NCBI GenBank assembly: GCA_963739885.1
Contig: CAVUCC010000003.1
Coordinates: 9,580-73,579, forward strand
Reading direction: 5' to 3'
Length of the DNA stretch: 64,000 nucleotides
DNA from: an uncultured Chloroflexia bacterium
GTDB lineage: Bacteria > Chloroflexota > Limnocylindria > Limnocylindrales > CSP1-4
This document shows positions 31,631 through 41,295 of the stretch, in pieces. The translations under genes were made by a program, and so were the position numbers. The stretch's first letter is position 1; each line of letters opens with the position of its first letter. Under the pieces are notes generated by a model, which saw only the letters and a list, made by a program, of their open reading frames with translations, had not been told where the DNA came from and did not search any database.

Positions 31631-31882
31631 GATGCCATCGGAAGGCGTTGCCCGGTGCGGCGCGGGGGCGGGGGCAATGCCGGGGCGGGCGGCTGGGTAC
31701 CGGGACCCAATACCCCGATCGGGTCATGCCCGGATCGGCCCGGACCTCACCGCACCTCACGCCAGCTTGTGCGCAGAGGCAACGTACATGAGTACCAACG
31801 GGGGATTGGGACGAGATCCCGCCGGGTTGACACTGCAGACCGATCCCGCGCACAGGGCGTGGGAGCCTAGCCCAAGGCGAGC

Positions 31883-32458
31883 ATGACGAGCGAGAACGGC
31901 CGCGCGTTCAACGAGTGGCTCCGAGCGCAGCTCAAGGCCAAGAAGATGTCGCAGCGCCAGCTGGCGCAGCAGTCGGGCGTCGACCATTCGACGATCTCCC
32001 GGCTGATCCGGGGTGACCGCATGCCGTCGCTCGGGACGGCGACCAAGCTTGCCCGTGGCCTGCGCGAGATTCGCGAGGACTCCGACACGTCGACGGCCCT
32101 CGGCGTGGTCTCCGTGGGACCGCAGAACCCGACCGCCCGCGTCGAGTACGCCCTGCGCGCAGACGACGTCCTGAGCGAGCCGCAGGTCCGCCAGATCATG
32201 GAGTACTACCTGGCGGTTCGTATCCGTCGCTTCGCTCGAACCTACCAGGGCGCCGGCGGCGAGTCCGCTGCCACCAACAACCCCAGGTCGACCAGCGCGT
32301 CGGCCAGCGCCTACGGCCACAGCCCGACCGTGTCCAGCGTCACCAGCGTCGGTGGCGCGGGCGTGGCGGCGCCTCCGGTGCTCCGATCCGCGCCGCCCCG
32401 GTACGGCGTCCAGCGAGCGGCCGTCAGGCCGCCGACGAGGACGCCTGGCCGACAATAG
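31883..32458 (+). CDS. XRE-family helix-turn-helix protein with Ser/Ala/Pro-rich tail
   Basis: MSQRQLAQQSGVDHSTISRLIRGDRMPSLGTATKLARGL is a canonical Cro/C1-type HTH. Confidence 0.75.
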   Translation: MTSENGRAFNEWLRAQLKAKKMSQRQLAQQSGVDHSTISRLIRGDRMPSLGTATKLARGLREIREDSDTSTALGVVSVGPQNPTARVEYALRADDVLSEPQVRQIMEYYLAVRIRRFARTYQGAGGESAATNNPRSTSASASAYGHSPTVSSVTSVGGAGVAAPPVLRSAPPRYGVQRAAVRPPTRTPGRQ

Positions 32459-32590
32459 AAGACTCCACTTACGGCCTGAACGTCCCTCCACGTTCGGGTC
32501 TCGGGGACAGCGAACGCCGGTCCGCGGGGGCCGGCGTTCGCGATTCCGGGGCCCATCCGGCGCCTCGCGCCGGATGGGTCGCCTCCCGGC

Positions 32591-34210
32591 TCAGCGCGCG
32601 GCTGCCGGCGCACGGAACACGGAGATCGTGCGGCGAGGCCCGGCGTCGAATCGATCGGTCAGCCCCAGTGCTGGAGCGTGGCTGGCCAGCCACGCCGACT
32701 CCGCGGGCCCGCCGCAGGCGGCCCCCACCGCATCGGCGAACAACGGGTCGCACACGACCACGGCGACCGACGGGGCTCCTTCGCCCGCCAGCGCATCGGC
32801 GTCCAATGGCATGACGCCCCGATGCTCGAGTGGGAACCGGAGCGCGTCCGCGGACTTGAAGGGCGGGATGCCGTCCAGCGCGAACGGGGCTCCGCCGGCC
32901 GAGGTGATCACCCGAGCCGCAGCCTGGTCCACGAGGGCCCAGCCACCGTCGGGCGACACCGCCGGGGGCCACGCGGAGACCGCGATCGTGACGAGCACCA
33001 CGCCGACCGTGCCGGCGACGACCGCCGTGGGACCGACCTTGTGACCGCCGGGCCGGACGTCGCCCGTGACCACGTGGTCGAGGCGGGCCCGGGTTCCCAC
33101 GCCGAGCGATGCCAGCCGCGCCAGCCCGACGCCGGCGAGCGCCAGCACCAGCGGATCGAGGAAGGCATGGTAGTGGTCGTTGGGCAGCCCCGGCGTGACC
33201 ACTGCGAGACTTGGCGCGAACGCGGCCAGGGCGAGGACGGACCAGCCGATCGTGAGCATCAGCCAGGCCGCCGCCCGGCGATCCGATGAGCGACCGGTCA
33301 TGACCGCCAGCCCGGCCAGCCCGCACACGAGCAGGAACACGAGCATCGCCGCCGCCGGCCGGTCCGTGATCAGGGCCGAGAATGGCCAGGTGACCGAGCG
33401 GAGCCCCACCGTCACCACGCTCCCGACGAGCCCGCCACCCGACGAGCCACCCCCGCCACCTTCGAGGTAGTCGAGGATGGCACGCGTCTCGGCGAAGTCA
33501 TGGGTCAGCTCGTTGACCACCAGCGGGAGATAGCCCGCGACGATGATCGCGACGCCGCCCAGGCCCGCGCGCAGGAGTGCCCCGATCCCCGTGCTTGCGG
33601 CGCGCCGGCGTCGAACGTCGGCCAGGTAGGCGATCACGAGCGGCAGCAGGGCGATCACCCCGAGCACGTGACACTGCATCGTGACCATGGCTCCGAGCGC
33701 GGACAGCAGCCACCAGCGGGGCCGGCCGGACTGCCATGCGTGAAGGGCCGCGGCGTATGCGACCGCCGCCGCGAACGGGATCAGGTTGGGGTTCCAGATG
33801 AAGGTCGACTCGTCGATCCCGGCCGGCGAGACCGCCGCCAGCAGGCCTGCGGAAATCCCCGCCAGCGGTCCCCCGATGAGCCTGGCCAGCCACCAGACGG
33901 CCCCCACCGCGCCGATCCCGATCAGGGCGATCTCGGCCGTCACCGCGACCGGATCCGCGTTGGAGATCACGGCGGCCGGGGCGAGCAGGTAGTAGTAGAC
34001 GGCACCGTGGTGGAAGGTCCCGACCGACGTGCGCGGTCCGAGCAGCGGCACCTCGCCGCGATGGATGAGGGCGTCGAGCACGATCATGTCGTGGCCCTGG
34101 TCGGCGTCCCACGCGCCCCGCACGTCGAGACCGGGCAGGCGGGTCAGGGCTGCGAGCACGAGGATCGCGAGCAGCACCCCGAGCTCGAGGCGGCCCGGGC
34201 GGATCCTCAT
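32591..34210 (-). CDS. ArnT/PMT-like GT-C family membrane glycosyltransferase (GT39/GT83-like)
   Basis: A 540-aa polytopic protein with an acidic first loop (WDADQGHD) and a soluble C-terminal domain. Start at the in-frame ATG 34210, which overlaps the nfo TGA (ATGA). The upstream part of ORF 32591..34771 is Arg/Gly nonsense. Confidence 0.65.
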   Translation of the reverse strand: MRIRPGRLELGVLLAILVLAALTRLPGLDVRGAWDADQGHDMIVLDALIHRGEVPLLGPRTSVGTFHHGAVYYYLLAPAAVISNADPVAVTAEIALIGIGAVGAVWWLARLIGGPLAGISAGLLAAVSPAGIDESTFIWNPNLIPFAAAVAYAAALHAWQSGRPRWWLLSALGAMVTMQCHVLGVIALLPLVIAYLADVRRRRAASTGIGALLRAGLGGVAIIVAGYLPLVVNELTHDFAETRAILDYLEGGGGGSSGGGLVGSVVTVGLRSVTWPFSALITDRPAAAMLVFLLVCGLAGLAVMTGRSSDRRAAAWLMLTIGWSVLALAAFAPSLAVVTPGLPNDHYHAFLDPLVLALAGVGLARLASLGVGTRARLDHVVTGDVRPGGHKVGPTAVVAGTVGVVLVTIAVSAWPPAVSPDGGWALVDQAAARVITSAGGAPFALDGIPPFKSADALRFPLEHRGVMPLDADALAGEGAPSVAVVVCDPLFADAVGAACGGPAESAWLASHAPALGLTDRFDAGPRRTISVFRAPAAAR

Positions 34211-35181
34211 CGCCGGGCGTCCTGGTCGTCGTGCTCGGCCGGGGCGCTGCGTCCTCTCGAGCTCCTGATCGTGAACGCCTCCGGTGGCAGCGGGTCGAGG
34301 GGCCGGCCCGCCGCCAGCTCCTGGGCGCGCCGGATGTTGATGGCGTCGTACCCCTCGTCCATGCCGGGGGTCTCGATGTAGTAGGTGACGTGCCCGAGGG
34401 ACGGGTGGCGGAGGATCCGAGCGAGGCCCTGGACCCCGATCTCGCCCGCCCCAACGTGCTCGTGGCGGTCCATTCGCGAGCCGCAGGGGTAGCGTAAATC
34501 GTTGAGGTGGATCATGTGCAGCCTGTCCAGGCCGAGCTGGTCGCCGAACGCCTCGACCAGCGCATCGACGCCGGCAGCATCCCCGATCGGATAGCCGGCG
34601 CCCCACAGGTGCGCGGTGTCGAGGCAGAACCCGAAGCGCTCGCGATCCACGCCAGCCGCAACCGCAGCCGCCTCGATGGCGGCCAGATCCTCGACCCGGG
34701 CGCCCATCCCGAACCCGCCGCCGGCACCGTTCTCGAATGCCAGGACGACGCCCGAAGGGGACGGGTCCCACAGCTCGAGCACGCCAGCCAGGCCGTTCGC
34801 GAGCCGTTCCGTCCCGGCCTCGTGTCCCGCTCCCCGATGCGATCCGATGTGCACGTTCACGTACCTGGCGCCGTAGGCCCCGGCGACCTCGAGCTCGTGG
34901 GCGAGGACCTGGATCGACCGGTCGAATAAGTCCGGATCCGGGCTGGCCAGGTTGATCAGGTACGGGGCGTGGATCGCGAGCGGGGCGATGTCGAGCGCCG
35001 CAAGCCGCTCACGGAACGCAGGCAGCTCACGCGGCAGCGTGTGCCGGCGGCGCCAGGACGCGGGGTTGTCGCTGAACACCTGGATCGCGGACGCGCCGAT
35101 CTCGGCGGCCCGATCCGCCGCCCGGACCATGCCGTTGCCCAGCGAGAGGTGTGCGCCAAGTCGCCGGCCGTTCGGGAGCAT
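34207..35181 (-). CDS. nfo: Deoxyribonuclease IV (endonuclease IV)
   Basis: GAHLSL, IQVFSDNPASW, CLDTAHLWGAGY and MIHLND. Confidence 0.88.
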   Translation of the reverse strand: MLPNGRRLGAHLSLGNGMVRAADRAAEIGASAIQVFSDNPASWRRRHTLPRELPAFRERLAALDIAPLAIHAPYLINLASPDPDLFDRSIQVLAHELEVAGAYGARYVNVHIGSHRGAGHEAGTERLANGLAGVLELWDPSPSGVVLAFENGAGGGFGMGARVEDLAAIEAAAVAAGVDRERFGFCLDTAHLWGAGYPIGDAAGVDALVEAFGDQLGLDRLHMIHLNDLRYPCGSRMDRHEHVGAGEIGVQGLARILRHPSLGHVTYYIETPGMDEGYDAINIRRAQELAAGRPLDPLPPEAFTIRSSRGRSAPAEHDDQDARR

Positions 35182-35261
35182 CGACCGAAGCGTAGCGGAG
35201 CGGCGCGGGCCGGCGCCTCGGACTTCCGTTCAGGCTCCGCCGACGGCGCCTCGGCGGGCGG

Positions 35262-35328
35262 CCCCGACGCAGGTGAGCGACCCCGACGCAGGTGAGCGAC
35301 CCCGGCGCAGGTGAGCGACCCCGACGCT
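35262..35328. repeat. Intergenic tandem repeat, 19-bp unit x3.5 (CCCCGACGCAGGTGAGCGA)
   Basis: Units at 35262-35280, 35281-35299 and 35300-35318 (one A>G change), plus a partial copy at 35319-35328 that runs into the hpf stop codon (35327-35329). The repeat lies upstream of the nfo start. Confidence 0.9.
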
Positions 35329-35932
35329 AGGCGCGTCCGCTTCGTCCCGTGCCGCTCCTGCCGCGGGGCGGGGTGTACTCGCCGCCCACGACTGGCTCGA
35401 TCAGCCCGAAGTCGCCGTCCTTGCGGCGGTAGAGCACGCTGATCCGCTCGTTCTCGGCATTCACGAACACGTAGAAGTCGTGGCCGAGCTCATCCATCGC
35501 GGTGACCGCGTCCTCCTCGAACATCGGCTCGATCGCAAACCGCTTGGTCTTGACGACCTGGCGCTCGTGGTCTCCGTCCGAGGTCCCGTCGGCAATTCGC
35601 CGCAGGATCGACTTCTCCTCCTGGGGCCTGGCCCGAACCCGCGGCTTCTCCTTGTAGTCGATCGCCTGGCGCTCGACCTTGTCCACCACGACATCCAGCG
35701 CCGCCTGGTACGAGGCGCCGGCCGCTCGGCTGCGCAGCGTCCGACCGTCGATGACGAGGGTCACGTCCACGATGTGCGCGTCGGCCGCGCTGCGATGCGC
35801 CTCGTTCGACAGCTCGACGATGGCGTCAGAGCGGTCGTCCAGGAGCCGTTCGAGACGGGCGAACTTGCGCTCGGCGTACTGCCTGACGCGGTCCGGAACC
35901 TCGAGGTTCTTGCCCCTGACGATCGTCCTCAC
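35327..35932 (-). CDS. hpf: Ribosome hibernation-promoting factor, long form
   Basis: IVRGKNLEVPDRVRQYAERKFARLERLL (S30AE domain) and the C-terminal dimerisation domain FYVFVNAENERISVLYRRKDGDFGLIEP. GTG 35932 is preceded by GGGAGG at 6 nt. Confidence 0.88.
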   Translation of the reverse strand: MRTIVRGKNLEVPDRVRQYAERKFARLERLLDDRSDAIVELSNEAHRSAADAHIVDVTLVIDGRTLRSRAAGASYQAALDVVVDKVERQAIDYKEKPRVRARPQEEKSILRRIADGTSDGDHERQVVKTKRFAIEPMFEEDAVTAMDELGHDFYVFVNAENERISVLYRRKDGDFGLIEPVVGGEYTPPRGRSGTGRSGRA

Positions 35933-36070
35933 GACTGACCTCCCGGCGCGATGCGAGCGCCTGGCTGTGGGGGCGGACGGGCCGGTGGACCGGCCCGGCC
36001 CCGTGACCCGAGTATAGCCGCGAGACACCGGTCGTTCGGAAGAGCCGCCAGGCGCGATCGGAGGTGTCCG

Positions 36071-36790
36071 TCAGCGCTCGCGGGCGACGGCGATCGCGCT
36101 CACGGCGGTCGCTCCGGCGGCGATCAGGGCGCCGGCCGTGGCGGTCAGGGTCGCGCCGGTCGTGACCACGTCGTCGACCAGGACCACCCATCTTCCGGCC
36201 ACGCTCCCGGCCGCCTGGGGACGGACGGTGAACGCGTCCCGCACGTTCGTGGCCCGATGCCGCCGGTCCAGGCGGTATTGGGGCACCGTGGCGCGATCGC
36301 GGATCACGGCGGACGAGCAGGGGAGCCCGAGCGACTCCGCGGCGGACGTCGCGATCAGCTCCGCCTGGTCGTACCCGCGCTCGCGGCGGCGGGAGACATG
36401 GACCGGCACCGGGACGAGCACCTCGCCGCCGGCCCCCACGCGCGCCCAGCGAGTCGCGACCGCCTCGCCCAGCGGCCGTGCCAGCCGCTGCTCACCCGTG
36501 TACTTGAGCGCATGCAGGGCGCGGCGCACGACACCCGCGAACGGCGCGCACCATTCGAGCTGGAGCAGCGGCTCGGGCGGTCCCTCCGCGAGCCCGAGCG
36601 GAGCCCCCGCCGGCAGGTCCAGCCGCGCATCCACGGCCGGACGGCAGCGGGTGCACAGCGGCGGGCCTTCGACACCGCAGCCGGGACACACGGCCGGTAG
36701 CGCGAGATCCAGGGCCCTGCCGACCGAGGCACGCACGAGCGACGACACACGACCAGCGTGCCGCACGCACCATATCGGCGGCTCTCGCAT
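36071..36790 (-). CDS. comF: ComF family phosphoribosyltransferase-domain protein
   Basis: An N-terminal Cys4 finger (CPGCG...CTRC) and the PRT motif VVLVDDVVTTGATL. Confidence 0.8.
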   Translation of the reverse strand: MREPPIWCVRHAGRVSSLVRASVGRALDLALPAVCPGCGVEGPPLCTRCRPAVDARLDLPAGAPLGLAEGPPEPLLQLEWCAPFAGVVRRALHALKYTGEQRLARPLGEAVATRWARVGAGGEVLVPVPVHVSRRRERGYDQAELIATSAAESLGLPCSSAVIRDRATVPQYRLDRRHRATNVRDAFTVRPQAAGSVAGRWVVLVDDVVTTGATLTATAGALIAAGATAVSAIAVARER

Positions 36791-36882
36791 GCCTTATCGG
36801 CCGCTTACCGCGCCCGATCGGCGACGTTGCCGGCGCCATCGCGGCCCGGAGGTGACGGGATCGCCGCGCCCGGGCACGAAAC

Positions 36883-36912
36883 GGCGGCGCCCGGTCGGAG
36901 CCGGGCGCCGCC
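36883..36912 (-). terminator. Stem-loop terminator downstream of dhaK
   Basis: A perfect 12-bp stem, GGCGGCGCCCGG / CCGGGCGCCGCC, with a 6-nt loop lies 22 nt past the dhaK stop. On the transcribed strand it is followed by GTTTCGT. Confidence 0.55.
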
Positions 36913-36934
36913 TGTGACGGACGCGGAATGGGGG

Positions 36935-37930
36935 TCAGAACACCCGGTAGGCCACCTCGGCGGGGGCGAGCAGGAGCTCCTTGAGCTCGGCGTCGACCTT
37001 GAGCAGCGAGATGTGGGCACCCGCCATCTCGAGCGACGTGCAGTACTCGCCGACGTAGCTGCGGAAGACCTTGATCCCCTTGTCGGCCAGCCGCTTGTGC
37101 GCGGTGCCGTAGAGCAGGTACAGCTCGCTGACCGGGGTGCCGCCGAGGCCGTTGACCATCAGCGCGACCTCGTCGCCGGACTTGAACGGGAGATCCGGCA
37201 CGATCGCGTCGAGCAGCAGGTCCACGATCTGGTTCGCGGTCATCATCTTGGTCCGCTGCCGGCCCGGCTCGCCATGGATGCCGATCCCGACCTCCATCTC
37301 GTCGTCCGCGATCTCGAACAGCGGCGTGCCGCGCACCGGCGGCGTGCACGACGAAAGGGCGACGCCCATGGTCCGCACGTTGGCGATCGCCTTCTCGCCG
37401 ACGCGAACGCACTCCTCGAGGGAGCCGCCTTTGTCGGCCATCGCCGCCGCCGCCTTGATCACGAAGAAGTTGCCGGCGACGCCGCGACGCCCGACCGTCC
37501 AGGTCGAGTCCTTGACGGCGACGTCGTCGTTGACCAGCAGGTAGCCGATCTTCTGGCCCTCGGCCTCCTGGAGCTCCTTGGCCATCTCCCAGGCGGCGCG
37601 GTCGCCGGTGTAGTTGTTGACGATGTAGAGCACGCCCTTGGGCGTTTCCATGAGCTTGGAGGTCTCGGTCACGAACTCGACCGGCGGACCCGCGAACACG
37701 TCGCCCGGGCAGGCCGCGTCGAGCATGCCCGGCCCGACGATCATCGTATGCGCCGGCTCGTGGCCCGAGCCCGACCCCTGGATGATCGACACCCGATCGG
37801 CCTTGGGCATGTCGGCCCGGTAGATCAGGTTGTACTTGGGCTCGTACTTGAGCGCGCCACCGCTGGCGAGCTGGATGCCCTCGAGGAACTCGGGCACGAA
37901 CTCCCTGGGATCGTTGACGAACTTCTTCAC
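36935..37930 (-). CDS. dhaK: Dihydroxyacetone kinase subunit DhaK
   Basis: KKFVNDPREFVPEFLEG and IIQGSGSGHEPAHTM. GTG start with AAGGGGA upstream. Confidence 0.9.
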   Translation of the reverse strand: MKKFVNDPREFVPEFLEGIQLASGGALKYEPKYNLIYRADMPKADRVSIIQGSGSGHEPAHTMIVGPGMLDAACPGDVFAGPPVEFVTETSKLMETPKGVLYIVNNYTGDRAAWEMAKELQEAEGQKIGYLLVNDDVAVKDSTWTVGRRGVAGNFFVIKAAAAMADKGGSLEECVRVGEKAIANVRTMGVALSSCTPPVRGTPLFEIADDEMEVGIGIHGEPGRQRTKMMTANQIVDLLLDAIVPDLPFKSGDEVALMVNGLGGTPVSELYLLYGTAHKRLADKGIKVFRSYVGEYCTSLEMAGAHISLLKVDAELKELLLAPAEVAYRVF

Positions 37931-37942
37931 GGTACGTTCCCC

Positions 37943-38602
37943 TTATGCCTCGCCGTACTTCTCACGCCAGGCCGCGGCGACGGCCTGGAGAATGACCCCG
38001 ATCGCGGTGGCGCCGGCGTCCACCGAATCCCGGCTTCGCTCACCCGTGTAGGCGGCACGGCCGCGCAGGGCGAGCATTCCCTTGGTGTCCTCGGCCGCCT
38101 TGACGGCCACGTCGGCTGCCTGCTGGACCGCGGCCACGCCGTGGTCCGCGGCGGTCGCCGGATCCTTGAAGCTGGCCTCCAGGTTGTCGGTCACCGGAGA
38201 TAGCGCGTCGAGCAGCGTCTTGTCACCCAGCGACGCCCCGCCACGGGCCATGATCCCCGCGATGGCGGCCCGGAGCATCTCGATCACGAGGTCGGGTGTC
38301 AGGTCCTGCTCCCCGGCGGTCACGCCGGCGCGCAGGAACGCGGTGCCCCACATCGGCCCGCTCACGCCGCCGACCTTGCCGGACAGCGTCAGGCCGATCT
38401 TCTTGAGCACCGCGCCCGCGTTGGGCCGATCCCAGCTGTCATAGTCGGCCAGGACCACTTCCCAGCCGTTCCGCAGCGAGTACCCGAAGTCGCCGTCGCC
38501 CACGATCGAGTCGAGCTGGGCGAAGTAATCCGCGTTGTCGACGATCGTCTTCGACATCGTCTTGATCACGAGATCGAGATCGTCGAGGGATGATGCCGTC
38601 AT
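37943..38602 (-). CDS. dhaL: Dihydroxyacetone kinase subunit DhaL
   Basis: IVGDGDFGYSLRNG and GVSGPMWGTAFL. ATG 38602 is preceded by GGGAGG. Confidence 0.88.
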   Translation of the reverse strand: MTASSLDDLDLVIKTMSKTIVDNADYFAQLDSIVGDGDFGYSLRNGWEVVLADYDSWDRPNAGAVLKKIGLTLSGKVGGVSGPMWGTAFLRAGVTAGEQDLTPDLVIEMLRAAIAGIMARGGASLGDKTLLDALSPVTDNLEASFKDPATAADHGVAAVQQAADVAVKAAEDTKGMLALRGRAAYTGERSRDSVDAGATAIGVILQAVAAAWREKYGEA

Positions 38603-38641
38603 CCCTGCCTCCCTTCGAGGTTGCACCTCCTGCCGCCGCGT

Positions 38642-39415
38642 CTACGAGGCCAGAACCGCCTCCAGATCCGCGAGCGTGATGTAGTTGCCCGGGTTCGCCC
38701 CGCTCCGGTTCGCGATGACGCGCGTCTGCTCACCGTCCGGGTCACCCAGTGACGTCACGACCAGCGATGCCTCGGTGTTGTCCTCCTCCTGTGTGTATCC
38801 ATTGACGGTCATCAGGCAGCGCAGGCCTGCGCCGACGGCGGCCAGCAGGCCGTTGCGGGAGTCCTCGACCACGAGCACGCCGGACGGCGCGACGTCCAGC
38901 CGCTCGAGCGCGAGGAGATAGATCGCCGGATCGGGCTTCTTGCGCGGGACCACGTCGCCCGCCAGGAGCACGTCGAACCGGCCGGCCCGCTCCCTGCCCA
39001 CCGCGTACTCGAGGATCGCGCGCACGGACGGCTCGGCCGAGGTCGAGGCCACCGCGAGCTTCCAGCCGGCGTCCTGCGCCTCGGAGATGAGGCGCCGGAT
39101 GCCCGGCCGCGGCGGCAGCTTGCCGTCCGCGACCATCTGCGTGTAGATGGCGGTCTTGCGCTTGTGCCACGTGGCCACCTCGGCGGCAAGCGCGTCCGGA
39201 TCCTCGGGCAGACCGGCCGCCTGGATCACCTCGGGCGTCAGCGCGCTCGCCATCCGTTCCTTGCCGCCGCCGACCTTGAGCCGCCGGCCGTACTCCTCCT
39301 CGGACCAGCGGAGCGGGACCCCGAACTCCTCGAACACCTGGTTGAACGCCGGGAGATGGCCGTAGCGCTCGGTGTCGGCCAGCACCCCGTCGCAGTCGAA
39401 GATGAGCGCGCTCAT
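38642..39415 (-). CDS. HAD-IA family sugar-phosphate phosphatase (CbbY-like)
   Basis: LIFDCDGVLADTE, GGGKERM and VVEDSRNGLLAAVGAG. Confidence 0.75.
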   Translation of the reverse strand: MSALIFDCDGVLADTERYGHLPAFNQVFEEFGVPLRWSEEEYGRRLKVGGGKERMASALTPEVIQAAGLPEDPDALAAEVATWHKRKTAIYTQMVADGKLPPRPGIRRLISEAQDAGWKLAVASTSAEPSVRAILEYAVGRERAGRFDVLLAGDVVPRKKPDPAIYLLALERLDVAPSGVLVVEDSRNGLLAAVGAGLRCLMTVNGYTQEEDNTEASLVVTSLGDPDGEQTRVIANRSGANPGNYITLADLEAVLAS

Positions 39416-39419
39416 CGGC

Positions 39420-40271
39420 TCACCATGCCTTCCCCGCGCCGCCGAACATCTCGATGTGGTGCGCGGCCATGTCCTTCACGGCGGAACGCTGGACCTTGAA
39501 GATCGACGGCGGGTCGTACTTGCCGGGGTGCTCGGTCATGTAGTCGTAGCCCGACTTCATGAACGCGATCTTGAGCGCGGTCGAGATGTTGACCTTGGCG
39601 CAGCCGCGGCTCACGAGGTCCGTGAACTGCTCGGGGCTCATGCCCGTCCCGCCGTGGAGCGCCACCGGGATGCCGGTCGCGGCCACGATGTCGGACACGC
39701 GCTGGGAGTCGAGCTTGGGCGTCGCCGCGTACGTGCCGTGCGCGTTGCCGATGGCGGGCGCGAACACGTCCACCCCGGTGGCCTCGATGAACTCGACCAC
39801 GGTCTCGAGCCGCTGGACGTGCTCGGCCTCGTCCCCGGTCATGTCCTCGGTCCGCTTGAAGCCCTCGATCTCGCCTTCCACGGCGGCGCCGTAGCGGCGA
39901 GCCTCGGCCACGACCTCGATGCACTGGCGCTGGTTCTCCTCGACCGTCAGGCTCGAGGCGTCGAACAGCACCGAGTTCCAGCCCGCGGCCAGGCAGGCCG
40001 AGATGACGGACCGGTCCGGGCAGTGGTCCAGGTGCAGCGCAACCGGGACCGTGAGGTTGCGCGTCAGCTCGGTCCACATGGCGTACATGAGCTCGACGCC
40101 GGTGAGCTGCACGTGCTTGACCGACGTCTGCACGATCAGCGGAGCCTTGAGCTCCTCGGCCGCCGCGAGGACGGCCTCCATGGTGAGGTCGTTGACGACG
40201 TTGATCGCGGCCACGCCGTAGCGCTCGTCGAACGCCCGCTTGAGGATCTCCTGGGTCGGAACGACCGGCAC
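39420..40271 (-). CDS. Class II ketose-bisphosphate aldolase (fructose/tagatose-1,6-bisphosphate aldolase family)
   Basis: YGVAAINVVN, VALHLDHC and VALHGGTGMS. GTG start with GGAGGTG upstream, 1 nt after the sorC-type gene stop. Confidence 0.85.
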   Translation of the reverse strand: MPVVPTQEILKRAFDERYGVAAINVVNDLTMEAVLAAAEELKAPLIVQTSVKHVQLTGVELMYAMWTELTRNLTVPVALHLDHCPDRSVISACLAAGWNSVLFDASSLTVEENQRQCIEVVAEARRYGAAVEGEIEGFKRTEDMTGDEAEHVQRLETVVEFIEATGVDVFAPAIGNAHGTYAATPKLDSQRVSDIVAATGIPVALHGGTGMSPEQFTDLVSRGCAKVNISTALKIAFMKSGYDYMTEHPGKYDPPSIFKVQRSAVKDMAAHHIEMFGGAGKAW

Positions 40272-40272
40272 C

Positions 40273-41295
40273 TCACACCTCCGTCATGGGACGCTCATCG
40301 GATCCCGGGCCCCGCTCGGCCAGGACGCGTGCATTGACCTCGTCGACGACGAGAACGTCGACGACGCCCGTCCGCAGCACCCCGAGGATGGCAACCGGCT
40401 TCTCGCGTTCGCTGGCCACGACCACCACCGTGTCGATGGCGCCCAGCTCGTTCAGACCGAGTCCGACCAGGCGCCCGGTCTCTGGTGAGTCGAGGCGACG
40501 GCCGCGGATGTCGACGTAGTTGCCGAGCACATCGCCCACCGCGCCGGCCGAGCGGAGGCGGGCGATCTCCTCGAGCGAGAAGCACCCGCTGCGGACCATC
40601 GTGCAGTCGTCGTCGGTCCCTCCGATCCCGACCAGCGCGATCGAGGCCGACGCGGCTACCTGCAGCGGCTCGGCGATGGCGGCCTCGCGCAGCAGCTGGT
40701 TGCGCATCCGCGAGCTCTCGACGTACGCGGGCGCGTACAGCCCGAGAACGGTGCCTCCGCAGCGATCGGCCAGCCGGCGGACGATCTCGTTGGGGTTGGT
40801 CGGCACGTCCGCACGGGCCGACCCGCCCATGGCGCTCACGAACGTGGCCCGGATATGGCGGCCCGGGTTGAAGAAGCGGGGAACCTCGCCGGCGTCTCGT
40901 CCGTGGCTCACGGCGACCACCGAGCCGTCGTTCACGGTGCGCTCGAGATAGCGGGCGGCGGCGCGCGCCACCTCCTCGCGCTGGGCCTGCGGATCGTCAC
41001 GGGCCGGGGCGACGATGACCTCCGCGAGCGCGAACCTGTCCCGGAGGCGCCGCTCGAGGTCGACGTGCAGCCACGATGGGGCCGAGACGCGGATGTCGAC
41101 GACGCCCAGCGCCCTCGCGCGGTCGAGCAGCCGCTGCACCTTCGGGCGCGACAGCCCGAAGTGGCGAGCGAGCGCCTCCTGCGTCAGCCCGTCCTCGTAG
41201 TAGCCCAGCGAGAGACGGGCAAGGAGCTCGAACTCATCGTGCGCAAGGTCGTCAAGCGCCGCCAACGGGATCCCTCGGGGTGAGCAATTGCTCAC
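40273..41295 (-). CDS. SorC/DeoR-type sugar-binding transcriptional regulator
   Basis: The HTH is GLTQEALARHFGLSRPKVQRLLDRARALGVVDIRV, followed by a sugar-phosphate-binding domain. The start is either GTG 41295 or TTG 41265. With the latter, the palindrome at 41280-41295 lies just upstream of the coding region. Confidence 0.82.
   Translation of the reverse strand: MSNCSPRGIPLAALDDLAHDEFELLARLSLGYYEDGLTQEALARHFGLSRPKVQRLLDRARALGVVDIRVSAPSWLHVDLERRLRDRFALAEVIVAPARDDPQAQREEVARAAARYLERTVNDGSVVAVSHGRDAGEVPRFFNPGRHIRATFVSAMGGSARADVPTNPNEIVRRLADRCGGTVLGLYAPAYVESSRMRNQLLREAAIAEPLQVAASASIALVGIGGTDDDCTMVRSGCFSLEEIARLRSAGAVGDVLGNYVDIRGRRLDSPETGRLVGLGLNELGAIDTVVVVASEREKPVAILGVLRTGVVDVLVVDEVNARVLAERGPGSDERPMTEV
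41280..41295. promoter_or_regulatory. Perfect 16-bp palindrome GTGAGCAATTGCTCAC (candidate operator of the sorC-fba-dha operon)
   Basis: A self-complementary 16-mer at the 5' end of the regulator gene. A third GCTCAC half-site lies at 41308-41313, 18 nt from the one at 41290-41295. Confidence 0.45.

Noticed and set aside
31631-31882. Promoter for the XRE gene (TTGACA at about 31827)
   Set aside because: A TTGACA hexamer is present, but no acceptable -10 follows at 16-18 nt spacing. This is too weak to annotate.
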